Of a stretch of DNA of 64,000 bases, positions 25,743 to 38,259 are shown one piece after another. Position 1 is the stretch's first letter, and each line of letters begins with the position of its first letter. The stretch is taken from positions 372,001 through 436,000 of the forward strand of contig RSEE01000015.1 in assembly GCA_003971905.1 (NCBI GenBank), read 5' to 3'. Under the pieces are notes generated by a model. It searched no databases. It was not told where the DNA came from and worked only from the letters and a program-made list of their open reading frames with translations. The translations under genes and the position numbers were made by a program. The DNA comes from Moniliella sp. 'wahieum'. Lineage: Eukaryota.

Positions 25743-28717
25743 TTATTCATCGCCATGTACACGCACGCGGTAAACACAGGTGAACTCGGGGTTACCATGG
25801 TTGCCTACGAACCGGAACCGAAGTACCGAGGTGGGGATCCGCAGCGCCCGCACCGCCGGCGGCACAGGGAACGTTTGGATCGCCCGCGTGTGCGGCGAGG
25901 CGTCGTAGGTGACGGTGCCGAGGTAGAGGTAGTCGTCGTCGGGCGGCACAGGCATCGGTTCAGCAGTGGAGCTCGAGTCGGAGGAGAGGGCGTGGCGATA
26001 GGCAAGGTACGTCTCTTTGTCTTGCTCGCTGCTCATCAGGCCCCAGACTTGCACCTCTCTCGGTGCCGCACGTGCGTCGTGGACAAGCGAGCGCGGCACA
26101 TGTTCAATCGTAATGTCTGTCACGACGACCGGCTTGAACAGCGCAATGCCCAATTGGCCTTCTGACCCGGCAAACGCCCAGCACATCCCGGGTGTCGTGT
26201 CCGGGTGCAGAGCAACAACCGGCGCACGAGGCGGTGGCATGCTCTGTCCCAAAGGAACGGGAGTGATGGCGCGTACCATCGAACCGAGCCAGCCCGGCTG
26301 CGAGGGGGAGTAGGATGGACTGGTGAGGCTCGGTACAACACGGCCGCCGATGGTGTACAGGGCGTAGTCTGGCCTGGCCAGTTTGTCCGCCGAGTAGCGC
26401 TCAAGCGCAGCATCAATCAAGGCCAGAACCGAGGCGGATCCTTCGAGGGGTGCCGAGGCGGCAGCGGGCGGCGTGTCTCCGGTCGGAGGAGACGGTCAAT
26501 GAACCGGGCCGAGGTACGGTCGAGGGAGCCAGCATCGGTGTATGTCTTGGCTGTCTTGCGCAAGCGGTCCCACACGTCGCTCTGGACCTCCCCAAGACGC
26601 TCGGTAAACTTGGTCTCTAGCTGGGCTTGGAGGACCTGGAGCTCTCCGCGCACCAGGGCAGCAAAGTCGTGAGAGACTAGTTGGGTATCTGCCAGCCCCT
26701 GGGGATCCGACAAGAGCGAGGGTATCCTGCTTGACTTGGCGGCGGAGCTGCGTCGTTCCCATGGGCCACATGTTTCCGCAGTTCGGTCCAAAAGGTAGGG
26801 TCGATTTCCAGTCCTGCCCCCACCCGTCGCACTACCATCTGTGCGGGCAGGGACTTTTCCAGTCCTGCCAGCCGATCCAGAAGTCCGGCGTGCTGGGCTT
26901 GCGCGTCCGAGCGCGCTTGCATCAACTGAGAGGTGTCGGTGGTGATCTTGCGTAAGGACGTCTCGACCGAAGCGATCTTGCTCTTGAGCTCAGCGGCCAG
27001 GGTAGAGGTGGAGCCACTCGCCTCGTCCAGGGTGTGAAGGCGACGGGAAAGCGCAGCCAATTCAGCTTTGAGTCCACGCTCCTTTTCCGCCACCTGGCCC
27101 GTCAGGCGCACCAGTTCTTTGCGCAGTTCAGCAGCCTGGCTCTCCAACGAATCAATCGTCTTCTGCCCTGCTTGGTTATGGTGCTCAACTTTGCCCAGGC
27201 GCTCAGAAAGTTCGGCCTTGGTTCTTCCAAACTCATGCTTGAGTGCAGTAAGCTGAGACCCGTGGAGACTGCTCATAGACCCGGCAGCTTGCTCGAGCTT
27301 ATGCAGCCGCTGGGCTAAGGCCATGATGTCCCGTGGAGGAGTGGACGGGGGTACATACATCCCTCGTGACGGGAACGCCAGGGGGTAAAGAACTGCACAT
27401 AAAGCGACCAGTATACCCACAAGGACAGCAACACCAGCCCGCGTCTTGAGGAAGGACCAGGGAATGGAGGCTGGGCCGACAGGCCGATCCACTTCAATCC
27501 GTTCTCTCGACTCGGAAATCGTCAGTTCTTCCACTCGGCCAAGTCGGCCTCCTCTTCCTCTTCCTCCAGGGGCCGACCAAAGGGAACCGAGCGATTCGCC
27601 ATCCCCTTGGCTCCTGTACGAGGCTGCTGGATCACGGGTTGGGCTTTGGTCGCAGTCCGCGCCCGGGTGGGGCGACGGGAGGTACGTTTGCGTCCGTCCG
27701 AAGAGTCGTCGTCCGACTCGTCGGGACGGAATTGAGCATCGTCATGGCTCGGACGGGCTCGACGCCTCCGCCCCTGTTGGGCCTCCTTCAGCGCTCGATG
27801 GTCATCGGCAGTGAGTACGATCTGCTCAGCTCCGCATCCGAGGAAGGCTCGGCTGTGGGGCGGAAGACGGGGTCCTGGGTCCCCCGTTTCTTTCTCCGGG
27901 CCGGAGCAGGGCTTGAGGCCTCTGTTTGGAAGGAGGAGGAGGGGGGGGGTGCAGGTGCCTCAACGGGCGGAGAAGAGACGCGGCTCGCGCTGGGAGTCAT
28001 GTGGTTCATCAAGTCGCGCGCCATGGCAGACTCGTCAGCATAATCGTAGCTCGCGGTTCCCGATCCTGTGGTCGAAGCTGGGCCTGGTCGAGGGGAAGAA
28101 AGGATGTTTCCCCTTTTCTGAGCGGCAACAAGCAGGCCGCTGGAAGCTGTAGGAGGCCCACTGGCTGGACGAGGGAAGAGCCGCCCGGAGGAGGGTAGGT
28201 GGGGAACTGGAGTGCCTTGTTGGGAATGGCGCGTCTCCTCCTCTCTTCATCTTCGTCTTCTTCCTCGATGGGGGGGTCGCGTGCAAGTCTGCGGGGAGAC
28301 GCAGGATCAGCACGTACGGCTCGGCCTTGCCTCTCTTGACGCACTTGGGTCTGCCGCTCGCTGGCCTCGGCGGTGAGGATGGCAGCCGAACGGCGCTGGG
28401 CGCGGAGGAGGGCGTAGCGCTCGTTTGCCGGCAGGCGCTCCTCTCCGTTTGCTGACGCGCCACCGGACACAGACACAGCCGATCCAGCTGAGCCGGCCGA
28501 CTCGCGGTGGCCGTTGCGGCCTACGATTGGAGTTGCGTGTGGTCTCGTCGGGCGGGGCGCCGTAGGCGTAGCTGGGCTGGGGGACGGCGAGGTTGACATA
28601 GGAGGTGCGGCGCCTGCTGCCCGAGGAGCGGTTGGAGACGTCGTCGGCGGCATCGCCGTCGATGGAGTGGGAGACAGAGCGGCGCCAGGGCGCAGCGCTC
28701 TCGGGTGGCTCGGCCAT
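25743..28717 (-). CDS. SUN-domain nuclear envelope/spindle pole protein (Sad1/UNC-84)
   Basis: C-terminal SUN domain (DYALYTIGGRVVPSLTSPSY, PGMCWAFAGSEGQLGI, ITIEHVP, APREVQVWG, NHGNPEFTCVYRVRVHG) preceded by a coiled coil, one TM helix and a disordered N-terminus (SYAYGAP). Confidence 0.9.
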
Positions 28718-29173
28718 GTTGGGGGCGGAGGTGGTGGAGCAGACGACGCGTTTGCTGCTGCCGAGCTGCCAATCCTACACCCTGCCCGTCGCGTCCGGCC
28801 AAACACGCAGATGTGGCACACTGGCCCGCGCACCTGCCCTTACGTACACATCTGCGTTGGGTCGGCGCGCCGCCCTGGCGTCCGTCTCTGCCCCGCCACT
28901 GCCACTGCCTGCCCTCGCCTTGTGTCGCTACGCACCGGCGAGGACTATGAACATGGAACTACAGTCACAACAGCCACTAGGGGGAGGAGCACGGCACCGC
29001 GTGCCTGCTCAGGTTCATGGGGTGGTGGTACAGATGCAGGGAAGGAGAGGGGGGGGGGTGGATATACGAGTGAGGGGAGGGGGGAAGCAAGGCGCAACAC
29101 AGGCACTTCGAGACGGGCAAGAGCCCCCGTGTGGACGTCTAAAGCTTCCAGGGAGCAGCACAAGTACCGCCAC

Positions 29174-30052
29174 TTAGAGCTTCTGCATGGCAGCAATGTC
29201 CGTCGACTGGACATAGTCCTCGCCGGCGGTCTCAATGCTCTCCTGCACGTCGTCCAAGGACACCTTGTCGTCCTCGACAACCAGGGTGATTTGGAGCTTG
29301 TGTACGCCGTAGCCAACGGGCACAAGCTTGGAGGAACCCCAGATGAGGCCCTCGCGCTCGATGGAGCGCACAGTCTTCTCCAGCTCAGCCATCGGCGTCT
29401 CATCGTCCCACGGCTTGACCTCGAGCGTGACGACCGACTTGGCCGGACCCTTGGGGCCCTTGGACGCCTTCTTCTTCTCGTACTCAGCCACACGCTCGGC
29501 CTTGACCCGCTCCGCCTCGGGGTCCACCTCGTCGTCCGAGCCAAATAGGTCGACCTCGTCATCGTCGTCCTCCGCCGCGGCCGCAGGCGCCGCAGCCTGG
29601 CCAACCCACCGGCAGCAGCGAGGGCCTGGGCAGCTGCGGCCTTGTCGCCCTTCAAGGCCGGGTGCTCAGCCTCGTACGAGGCAACATGGCCAAACCACCG
29701 GCCGACGTGAGGGTACTGAGCAAACATACCGGCGGCAACAGCTTCGTACGTCGCCACATCCGCCTGGGAGGGTTCAGCACTGTCAACAGAACCACAAGGT
29801 CAGCCAGTGCCATCCAAGAGAGGGATGGGGCAGGGTGGAAAGGTTCAGAGTGCCATAGAAGTGGTTGTCTTCACAGCAAGAAAGTCGCGGGGTCTTACGC
29901 CGCTGGGCTCGGAAACACGGACCACAGCATTAAGATCATCAGGCAGAGGAGGGAGGGAAGAGGGACACGTACCCGACCACGTAGGACTTGTCGGCGAGGA
30001 ACTTGTCCAGACCGGCGAGGGCAGCAGCGTTGCTGAAGTCGGGGAGGGACAT
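29174..30052 (-). CDS. EFB1: Translation elongation factor 1-beta (eEF1Balpha)
   Basis: MSLPDFS...LADKSYVVG; intron 29780-29972; [28 protein letters not shown]...[12 protein letters not shown]...[12 protein letters not shown]. Confidence 0.96.
29841..29946 (-). ncRNA. snR18: Box C/D snoRNA U18/snR18 in EFB1 intron 1
   Basis: C box TGATGA (29936-29941), guide TGGTCCGTGTTTC next to D' CCGA, D box CTGA (29845-29848). The guide is complementary to LSU rRNA GAAACACGGACCA. Yeast snR18 is also in the EFB1 intron. Confidence 0.88.
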
Positions 30053-30283
30053 GCTGGCGATGGAGGAAGAGGTGGTGGAGGCAAGCGAGCGAGAGGGCGA
30101 GCGAGAAGGCGGTCTATAAATGCGCAGAGAGACACTGCCCGGGTGCGGCGGCGGTGAGGACGGGAGCGGCGCTTGCACTTTTTTTTTCTTCGTGAGCCCA
30201 GAGCCCAGCCAAGGCGGCGCGCGCCAGCAGCAGCGGCCTCCACATTCGATGATTTCGTTGCTGCTCGGTTTCGATTATGGAGG

Positions 30284-30449
30284 TTAGGGTTTCCGCCCCG
30301 CTCCTCAGCACGTGGGGGCAGTGATGTCACTATCACTAATCATTAATCATTGGTCACTTGCACTGTCACATTCATGTCACATGGGATGCGTGATTTACTA
30401 TTTACTCATCGATCATCGACACCACACGTCACACGTGATAGGTCACGTG
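30284..30449. promoter_or_regulatory. Bidirectional EFB1/UBA3 promoter with telo-box and E-boxes
   Basis: TTAGGGTTT at 30284-30292; CACGTG at 30309, 30432 and 30444. Confidence 0.4.
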
Positions 30450-30617
30450 GTCCTGCACTGGGACCGCGGAAGCGCTGCCATTGCGAGGGTGGCCCCGGCG
30501 CGGAATCAACGACTGGGGCAGCGGTGAGGTCATCCCCGCACACATGTCCCTCCGCCGCCGCTGGCGATTGACACCTCCTATCTGCCGCCTGATCCTGCTT
30601 CCACCACCACCCTCGCC

Positions 30618-32119
30618 ATGACTACCCTTTCTGCGCGATCCGCCCATGTGGACAAGGTCTTATCTCGCCCCGGACGTGAGTACTGCCTCTTCCTCCCGAC
30701 GATGCCCACTCGAAGCTAACGGTCGTGTGTGTCCGCCTGCTCCCAGCCTGGACCCAGGAGGGATTCAATGCTGCTGCGTACGTGTCATGCGCCTGACAAG
30801 GAGGGTGCACGCGCTAACTATTTCCCCCCACCTCAGCGCCCGACAAGCGTTGCGTGATCAAGTGCGCGTCCTGGTAATCGGTGCAGGTGGCCTGGGGTGT
30901 GAGATCCTCGCCAACCTGGCCCTGAGCGGATTCAAGGAGATCGACGTGATTGACATGGATACCATTGACATCTCCAACCTCAACCGCCAATTCCTCTTTC
31001 GTGATGCCGACGTGGGTCGGCCCAAAGCTGTAGTTGCTGCTGAGTTTGTCCAGCGCCGCGTTCCGGGGACCAAGGTGAATGCGTACGTCCCGCCTTTCTC
31101 TGCTTCGTCCATGACACCCTCCCCCGGCTGACGTGCGGCCGATTTGCCAGGTACCATGGAAAGATCCAGGACAAGCCCATCTCGTATTATGCCAAGTTTC
31201 AGTTGGTCATCTGTGGGCTGGACAGCGTGGAGGCCAGGAGGTGGATAAACAAAACGTTGGTGGGCATGACCCAGGACCATCCTGACGATCCCGACATGTT
31301 CAAAGTCCTGATTGATGGGGGCACCGAGGGATTTCGAGGGCAAGCGCGTGTGATTCTGCCGACGATCACGAGCTGCTACGAGTGCTCGCTTGATTTGCTC
31401 GGTCAGCAGATGGCGTTCCCGATCTGCACCATTGCCAATACGCCGCGGTTGCCTGAGCACTGCATTGAGTGGGCAGCGGTGCTGCAGTGGCCCAAGGAGA
31501 TGGGTGAGGATAAGAAGATTGATGGGGACGACGCTGACCAGATCAGTTGGTTGTACAACAAGGCCCTGGAGCGTGCACACGAGTTTGGCATTGATGGAGT
31601 GACCTGGTCGTTGACCCAGGGCGTAGTCAAGCGCATCATCCCAGCCATCGCATCGACCAACGCGATTGTCGCTGCGGCGTGCACACAGGAAGCGCTCAAG
31701 TTCGCCACCTCCTCCGCACCGTATCTCAACAACTACATGATGTACACTGGCAATGCGGTGTGTACACGTACACCTACCCCTACGAGAAGCGGGACGACTG
31801 TCCCGTCTGCGGCGGCACCACGCGGCAGATTCTGGCCCAACAAGGCTGGACCTTGGCTGATCTCCTGGCGTATTTGGTCGAACAGGACGACTTGGGCCTG
31901 ACCAGTCCGTCCCTGTCCACCTCGGCGGGGACGCCACTCTACTTCCAGCGGCCTTCGCCCTTGGAGGCACCGCTACGGCCCAATCTGGACAAGTGCCTGA
32001 CCGACCTGCTTGCCGCGGACCTGGGCCCAACAGAGGCTGGAGCACAGTCGGTGACAGTGTCGGTGACAGATCCCAAGTTGCCGATCCGCCTGGACGTGGA
32101 GCTGGTCTGGGCGGCGTAG
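30618..32119 (+). CDS. UBA3: NEDD8-activating enzyme E1 catalytic subunit
   Basis: [94 protein letters not shown]. Three introns, including a ~31-nt microexon. Confidence 0.95.
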
Positions 32120-32535
32120 CGGGGCCAGAAATGCATGACCGATCTGTCAGTGTTACATGTTCCGACGCTGAATGTCCGGCGCCGGCTGCGGCCACTGGCG
32201 GCGGTGTAGGCGGTGCGCGCGGTTACGTCAGCCCGCGGGGGGTGGCGGTGGGGGTAAGCGGTGTGGAGCAGGCCAGTGGGAGGCTATCCTGGGCGCACCG
32301 CAGCGGAGGAGGGGCGGCGGGGCAGGCAGCGCAGCGGACGCCGAGGTGGACACTGGCCGGGTGCCCTGTCGGCGCGGCGCGACACGTGGCAGCCCAAGTG
32401 GCGCAGACGAAGCTCCGGCCAACGCAACTGACAGGCGAGCGACCGCCGACCCCCGCCCGCCCGTCTGTTCCCATCCCCAGCCACCATCACCCACCCCCAC
32501 CCCGCCTCTCCCTCTCCTCCCGCTTACCTCTCACC

Positions 32536-33131
32536 ATGGGCGACCACATCCGCGACGAGGAGCTCCAGCCTACCCAGACCCAGGGCTTCAAGGTCGGCGA
32601 GAAGAAGACGCTCGACGAGTATACCCAGCTGGACGCCAACGACGACTCCCTCAACAAGTGGAAGGCTTCGCTCGGCATCACCGGCGACGCCAAGGCAGTC
32701 GGTGGGCCCAAGCTCACTGTTCACACCCTCGCCCTCGAGTCTCCCTCTGCCCCCGGCGGCAGCGTGCAGATCAGGCTCGATGGATCCCCCGAGGCGCTGG
32801 AGGCACTGCGCAAGCACCCTCTGTCCATCAAGGGGGCGTCGAGTACAACATTGCCATCACCTTCTCTGTCGGTGCCACCGTTCTCTCCGGGCTCAAGTAT
32901 CTCCATGTGGTCAAGCGCGCCGGTGTGACGGTGGACAAGCTGGAGGAAATGATTGGCTCCTATGGCCCTCGGTCCGAACCCTACACCAAGCGTTTCATCA
33001 CCGAGGAAGCCCCATCCGGCATGCTCGCTCGCTCCGGCACCAACATCGTCCGCAGCAGGATCATTGACGACGACGGCAATGTCTACACTGACTTTACCTG
33101 GTCGTTTAAGATTTCCAAGGAGTGGAAGTAA
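32536..33131 (+). CDS. RDI1: Rho GDP-dissociation inhibitor
   Basis: GFKVGEKKTLDEYTQLDANDDSLNKWKASLG; LSGLKYLHVVKRAG; EEAPSGMLARSG; WSFKISKEW. One indel near 32833. Confidence 0.95.
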
Positions 33132-34363
33132 GTGGGGTGACCTTGCTTTTGCGACACAATACTTCTTCCCTCTTTCCCCTCTCCTCGTACCTCCATGCAC
33201 TTCTTGGACCGCCAACTCGGTCATTTCCTCGCCTCCCCTCAGCACCTTGAACTCGCTTTGTATCATTTTTACTTGGGCAGAGAACAAACGAGTGAACGAG
33301 GGTGACGGCGGCAGAGGCGTCAAGAGCCATGACGAGAGGGTGTGGACCGAACTGGATGCTCTTCCAAGGTGTTTATCTCTCACCCCTACCCTCCCGATTT
33401 CCCACTAGCCAGCCTGTGATGGTATGGACCCTCTGTTGCCATCTTTCTTTTCTAGTTGTGCGTGTTTCTTTTCCGTTTCCACTCTTCCCTCTTCTCCCTG
33501 TCCCCCGCTTTTCCCTCTTGTTTTTGGCGCTTTTTGCGTACCGCTCTCACCCAATCCAACATAACACGTTTGACCATGCCTGCCGCCGCACGTCCACGAT
33601 AAGGCGCGGGGGCTAAACACTGTCAATGGCACCGGTCTGCCACCCGCTCCTGTCGGTTGCCGGATGGTCCAAGGTTGGCCAATGTGGATTGGGCGTGACG
33701 CTGCCATCCCATAGGCGTGCTGTGAGCACTACTAGTTGAGTCGGGGTTACTCCATATATGGTTAGTTCCCACGTTGCCCAGCTCCCCCGCCCTCGCAACG
33801 AAACAAAGAGTTTCGGTGCATTTGAATGGGGCATAATGGAGAGGCGAGGGAGTGATGGAAAAGGGGTCATACGCAGTGTGGGAGCTGGGGATGACCGACG
33901 GCAGCAGATCGTATAGATGTGGTAAAGGTTTTGGCAAAACACGCGGCAGAGGGGAGAAGGGATTGGGGGGAGGGGATGAGGCAGCCAGAACGGAGACAGG
34001 CGGGAGGGGGGAAGGGGAGGGGTACGAAGCCCCAGCTCGTCTGTTTGCTATGCATCTTATGCTGCCTTCAGTGACAAAAACAAGCAATCAAGGCGGTGGG
34101 GCAGGCGGCACCAACCAAGGCTGCCAGCCCGCTCTAACAAACACAAGGCATAGCGGGGCAAAATGGCAATTGATTAAAGTGATCAACGTAACCAACCGTG
34201 AAAGTGGCAAAGACCCCGCCGCGCGCGGAATGGAGCAAGCAGTAGGGTTGCTTTGCTTATCGCCCTCTCCGCCCACCCACTCCGCCCCTGTCTAGCGGCA
34301 GAGTGCCTTGTGCCCCCACCGCCACCGCCTGTCCCCGCTTCCTCCACCCCCCTCCCCCAGCCC

Positions 34364-34817
34364 ATGCGATCCAAGTTCAAGGAAGAGCACGCGTTCGAGA
34401 AGCGTCAGGCGGAGGCCCAGCGCATCCGCGCCAAGTACCCGGACCGTATCCCCGTCATCTGTGAGAAGGCGGACAAGACGGACATCCCGACGATCGACAA
34501 GAAAAAGTACTTGGTCCCCAGCGACCTGACTGTGGGCCAGTTTGTCTATGTCATCCGTAAGCGCATCCGCTTGGCGCCCGAGAAGGCAATCTTTATCTTT
34601 GTCGATGACGTCTTGCCTGCGACCGCGGCGCTGATGAGCGCGATCTATGATGAGCACCGTGACAAGGACGGCTTCCTCTATGTGTCGTACAGCGGGGAGA
34701 ACGTGTTTGGAGAACAGGACGATGCGCTAGCTTCGCTTTGGTGCGTCCTTCCGCTCCGCTCCGCTTCTCCCCTGAGCCGCCCTGATGGGCATGCATGACT
34801 AACCAGCACCTTGCAGA
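34364..34817 (+). CDS. ATG8: Autophagy ubiquitin-like protein Atg8
   Basis: [14 protein letters not shown]...[11 protein letters not shown]...[23 protein letters not shown]...YSGENVFG. Splicing of intron 34741-34816 forms the stop TG|A. Confidence 0.97.
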
Positions 34818-35139
34818 CGCCCGCGCGGTCCTCCACCCCCTCTTATGCGTCAAGTTGTTACTTCTCTCCGACCGTCCTCCTCGTCCCGGCTCAAAGCTTG
34901 TTTGTACAATCTACCCCTTCCTCCTTTTGACTCCGACACAGACGTGTCTTGCGAATGTGCGTCCGCGTATGTAGATGGTGGGCATGGGATGCGATCTGTT
35001 GGAATATTTACGTTCACCCCTACTTGGCACAGCTGCCGAACGTGATCACCAACCGCCGCATCTCTCACGCTGCATCTAACTCGACCAGGGAAGAAGGAGA
35101 ATGGCGTGGGAGGTGGGGTATACATAGCGTGGGTACCAG

Positions 35140-36163
35140 TTAATTCCCGGTTACGCCGAGGAACTTGATCAGTCGCCGCATCCACGTCACGCTCTCCGCA
35201 TGCCGTTTCCACTCCAACAGGGCGATGACGTCGGTACAGAACTCCTCGTGCAACCCAATCTCGTCGAACCAGGTGTTGAGGTCGACGGTGAGTGCGAGCG
35301 AGTGCTTGCCTCGCCGCGCATAGTGGAACTTGTACGGCGCCCATTTCCTCAGTAGGTTGGTCGAGTTGCGCAAGTCTGACCCGTCTGGTACTTTTTCCCC
35401 ATTGGGTAGGATCGGAGGGAGGATCCGGATCTGCTCAATAGACCGATTGGATGGTAGAAAGATCATGGGAACCAACATCAATCCTCGGTCTTTTCGATGG
35501 ATGGCAACCACCCACGAGCAGCTTGATGCATCGGCTTCTCCGCGTCGGGACGACCAAAGTTGAGCGTCGGTTGCTCGTTGCTAGGTACATTGACAAACGC
35601 AATCCGAAACGCATCCAGATGCACATGAATCGTTCCATCCTTCCCAGTGGCTTACTGAGATGCACGTACTTGGACCCCACTTGTTCGCGCATTCGCCAGG
35701 GACCAAGACCCTTGCGGTACACACGCACAATCGCCCCTTGGACCGCATCGCCGAGCCATCGCTCTCCACCACTGGCTGCATGGCCATGATCTGGGCCGGA
35801 GTGGGGCCTTCGGCCGTGGGCGCCGTCACAGCGCGCAGCGGGGCTTCCCATCGCTTGATCAGGCGCTGAGCGGCATTCAGCTTGGGGAAACGCATTTGGG
35901 ACGCTTCCTTGTTGGTCTTGACCCGTGCCAGCTTGGTTTTGCGCTGGTCGATCTTCTTGATGTTGGGTTTGGGGATGCCCAAGTTGCCGCTCTTGTACGC
36001 TTTGAGAAAGGCACGCCAGGAGGAGAGCATCGAGGCGTGCCGGCAGGCGCCAGCGGCCGCACGCGCTGCGAGACAGGGGAGCGGGGGGGTAGGCCGTACA
36101 GCGCGCAGGGGGGAGGGGGCGCACCTCATCCCCAGCAGGAGCGAGGGTCGGGGGGTGGGGCAT
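35140..36163 (-). CDS. Hypothetical basic protein (intron and frameshifts)
   Basis: ATG 36163 followed by a GTGCGC donor. Protein-like stretches KPNIKKIDQRKTKLARVK... and DLNTWFDEIGLHEEFCTDVIALLEW. No family recognised. Confidence 0.45.
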
Positions 36164-36590
36164 GGACGGCGTAGAAAGGAGAGATGGGACGTGGGGGAGT
36201 AGAGGGACGTGGGCGTGGAGGCTGGCTAGGCAGTTGTGGTTGGTGGCACTGCCGTTCTTCCCTGGACACTTTCATCTTCATCCATCCTCGAGCTTCGCAC
36301 CACGCCCATTTTTTTCCGACCCCATCGGCTTGAAATATTGTGGCCCCCGGGTCCAGCTTCAAGTTTCAACGTTCAACCCGCAGGTGCTTTGTGACATCGC
36401 CATGCTGCCGTTGTCCTTCTGTGAAGAGTCACGTGGTGTGATGAGTGACGCATTGATGACGGCGAAATGCAGCGAGTAGACAGGACTTTTTTCTCTCTCC
36501 AGCCATCTCTTACTCGGGAAGACTTTAAGAAGGAGCCAGCCTATGGGTTGCATTGTATGAAGGGCCGGTAGTTGAAACTCGACAAAAAAA

Positions 36591-36674
36591 GGGGTCCGCC
36601 CGGGATCGAACCGAGGACCACCTCTACGAGTTGAAACACCCTAAAGAGGCATGATACCACTACACCACGAACCC
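36591..36674 (-). tRNA. tRNA-Pro(AGG), 12-nt intron (36627-36638)
   Basis: Acceptor stem GGGTTCG/CGGACCC+C, anticodon arm CCTCT-TT-AGG-G[intron]T-AGAGG, GGTTCGATCC T-loop, T-run terminator. Confidence 0.93.
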
Positions 36675-37075
36675 GGTGTTACAGGTGTCCCGAAGGTCTT
36701 GTTAACAAAAATGCGGAAAATCCCAAGCAGTTTTCCTACTTGCTTTCTCAACTCCACCGGCGATGCCGAAGCCACGTAGGTGGCAGATGTGCGTGTGGCA
36801 GAACACTGAGGAGCATTGGCCCTTGTTCTGTATGGGCCAGAGAGAGATAACCACAAGAAGAGCAGCATCTTGAGGTTCGGCCTGAGTCTCAAGTCGATCT
36901 GAAGGGCGAGGCGTGATGGGTGACGGTGACAGGTGACGCGTGATGCGTGACGCGTGACGCAACACCCACTTCTCACTTGTCATTCCGCCGTCTGGGGCGG
37001 CTGGTTCCGCGCGGGGCCGAGGCCAAAACTTCTTGGCCAGACGCAACGCTACGAGCGGACATCACTGCGAGCACG

Positions 37076-38056
37076 ATGGCGTTTCTGAGCCGGCGGACGG
37101 TGCTGCAGGCACGCAGCAGCCTGCCCTCGATGCCGCTCCTGGCGCGCAGCCTCCACTCGCTCCCGCCCTACCAGCCCCAGATCGCACCCGAGCTCGGTGG
37201 CGCCGCGCCCCTTCCTCAGCCGCGAGGCTGTCCACCTCGTCGGCACCGTCTACCGCCAGGGCCTGATCACCCGCCTCAACCAGTCGATCCAGGGCACCCA
37301 CATGGAGAACTCCCAATAGCCGATGTGGCCATTGACGCGGCCAGAACCCCAAGTACATCCACGCTTTTGGCTACGCCGCCGACCCTCAACAACGCCTTTT
37401 TCCTTCACAACCTTGTATGTCTTCCCCCCTCCCCCCGTCACGCCCCCCCCCCCCCCCCCGGTCGCCCCTCCTGCGTCCCACTAACACTCCCGTGCAGAAA
37501 CGCAGGGCTGAAGGTGAGGCGCCTGCTATTCCCACAGGGAAACTGCGTGCGCGGATCGGCAGGACTACGAGTCGCTTCCGGCGTTCAAGTCGCAGTTCAG
37601 TGCTGCTGCCTTGGGCCTGGCCCAAGCTGGCTGGCTGTGGCTTGTGCGCGACCAAACTGGCCGCTGGGCATTTTCCCACCATCGGCCGGTCGACGTTGCG
37701 CTGGTGAGCAAGCAGAGCAAGCGTGGCCTGCACGACTTTGAGGCGACCTTGATTGACACCCCTCCGCAGGAGGAGGAGGCGGCGCCCTCGTCGCCCGCGG
37801 CCACTATGGCTCGGCCGAGCCCCAAGCCAACTATGTTCCCTTTGCTCGTCTTGCCTCGGCGCGGGACAAGTCCAAGGTAGGCCAGGACCTCACTCCCCTC
37901 TTCTGCATCTCGCTCCACGAGCACAGTTGGCTCCCCGATTACGGCATCTGGGGCAAAGAGGACTACCTGGTCAACTTTTGGCACAGCCTCGACTGGGACA
38001 AGGTCAGCAAGGCCTATTCGCACGTCCCCATTGTGGCTCCGTCCAAGGAGGCGTAA
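37076..38056 (+). CDS. Fe/Mn-SOD-fold mitochondrial small-subunit ribosomal protein (Rsm26/Mrp1-like)
   Basis: Arg-rich presequence; reframed GLITRLNQSIQGT, LNNAFFLHNL, GWLWLVRD, PLFCISLHEHSWLPDYGIWGKEDYLVNFWHSLDWDKV. Lacks the canonical SOD DxWEHAYY and N-terminal His ligands. Confidence 0.75.
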
Positions 38057-38259
38057 TTCTCTCCGGTAGGTTGGAACCAATCCAACGACGGTTCTGCTCC
38101 TGCAAACAGACTCTGGTCGTCACAGATGAGTACAGGCGAGGTCTTCCGCAGTCATCTATAGGGGACTGATTATGTGGAAAAGGAAGACGGGAAAAGGCAA
38201 AGTGCATTTCACCCACCTCAAGTGGGGCAGTAGAGGGTATAAATGGGGACGACAGTTGG

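Noticed and set aside
30858..32195. Long antisense ORFs (also 3211-4074+, 10293-11330+, 28514-29548+, 8494-9516-)
   Set aside because: Shadow ORFs opposite real GC-rich genes, with no independent motifs.
32825..32840. Programmed ribosomal frameshift in Rho-GDI or other genes
   Set aside because: The break is in a G-run and indels occur window-wide; sequencing error is the simpler explanation.
37076..38056. Call as an active Mn/Fe superoxide dismutase
   Set aside because: Metal-ligand motifs are degenerate (SLHEHSW instead of DxWEHAY); it fits the SOD-fold mitoribosomal proteins better.
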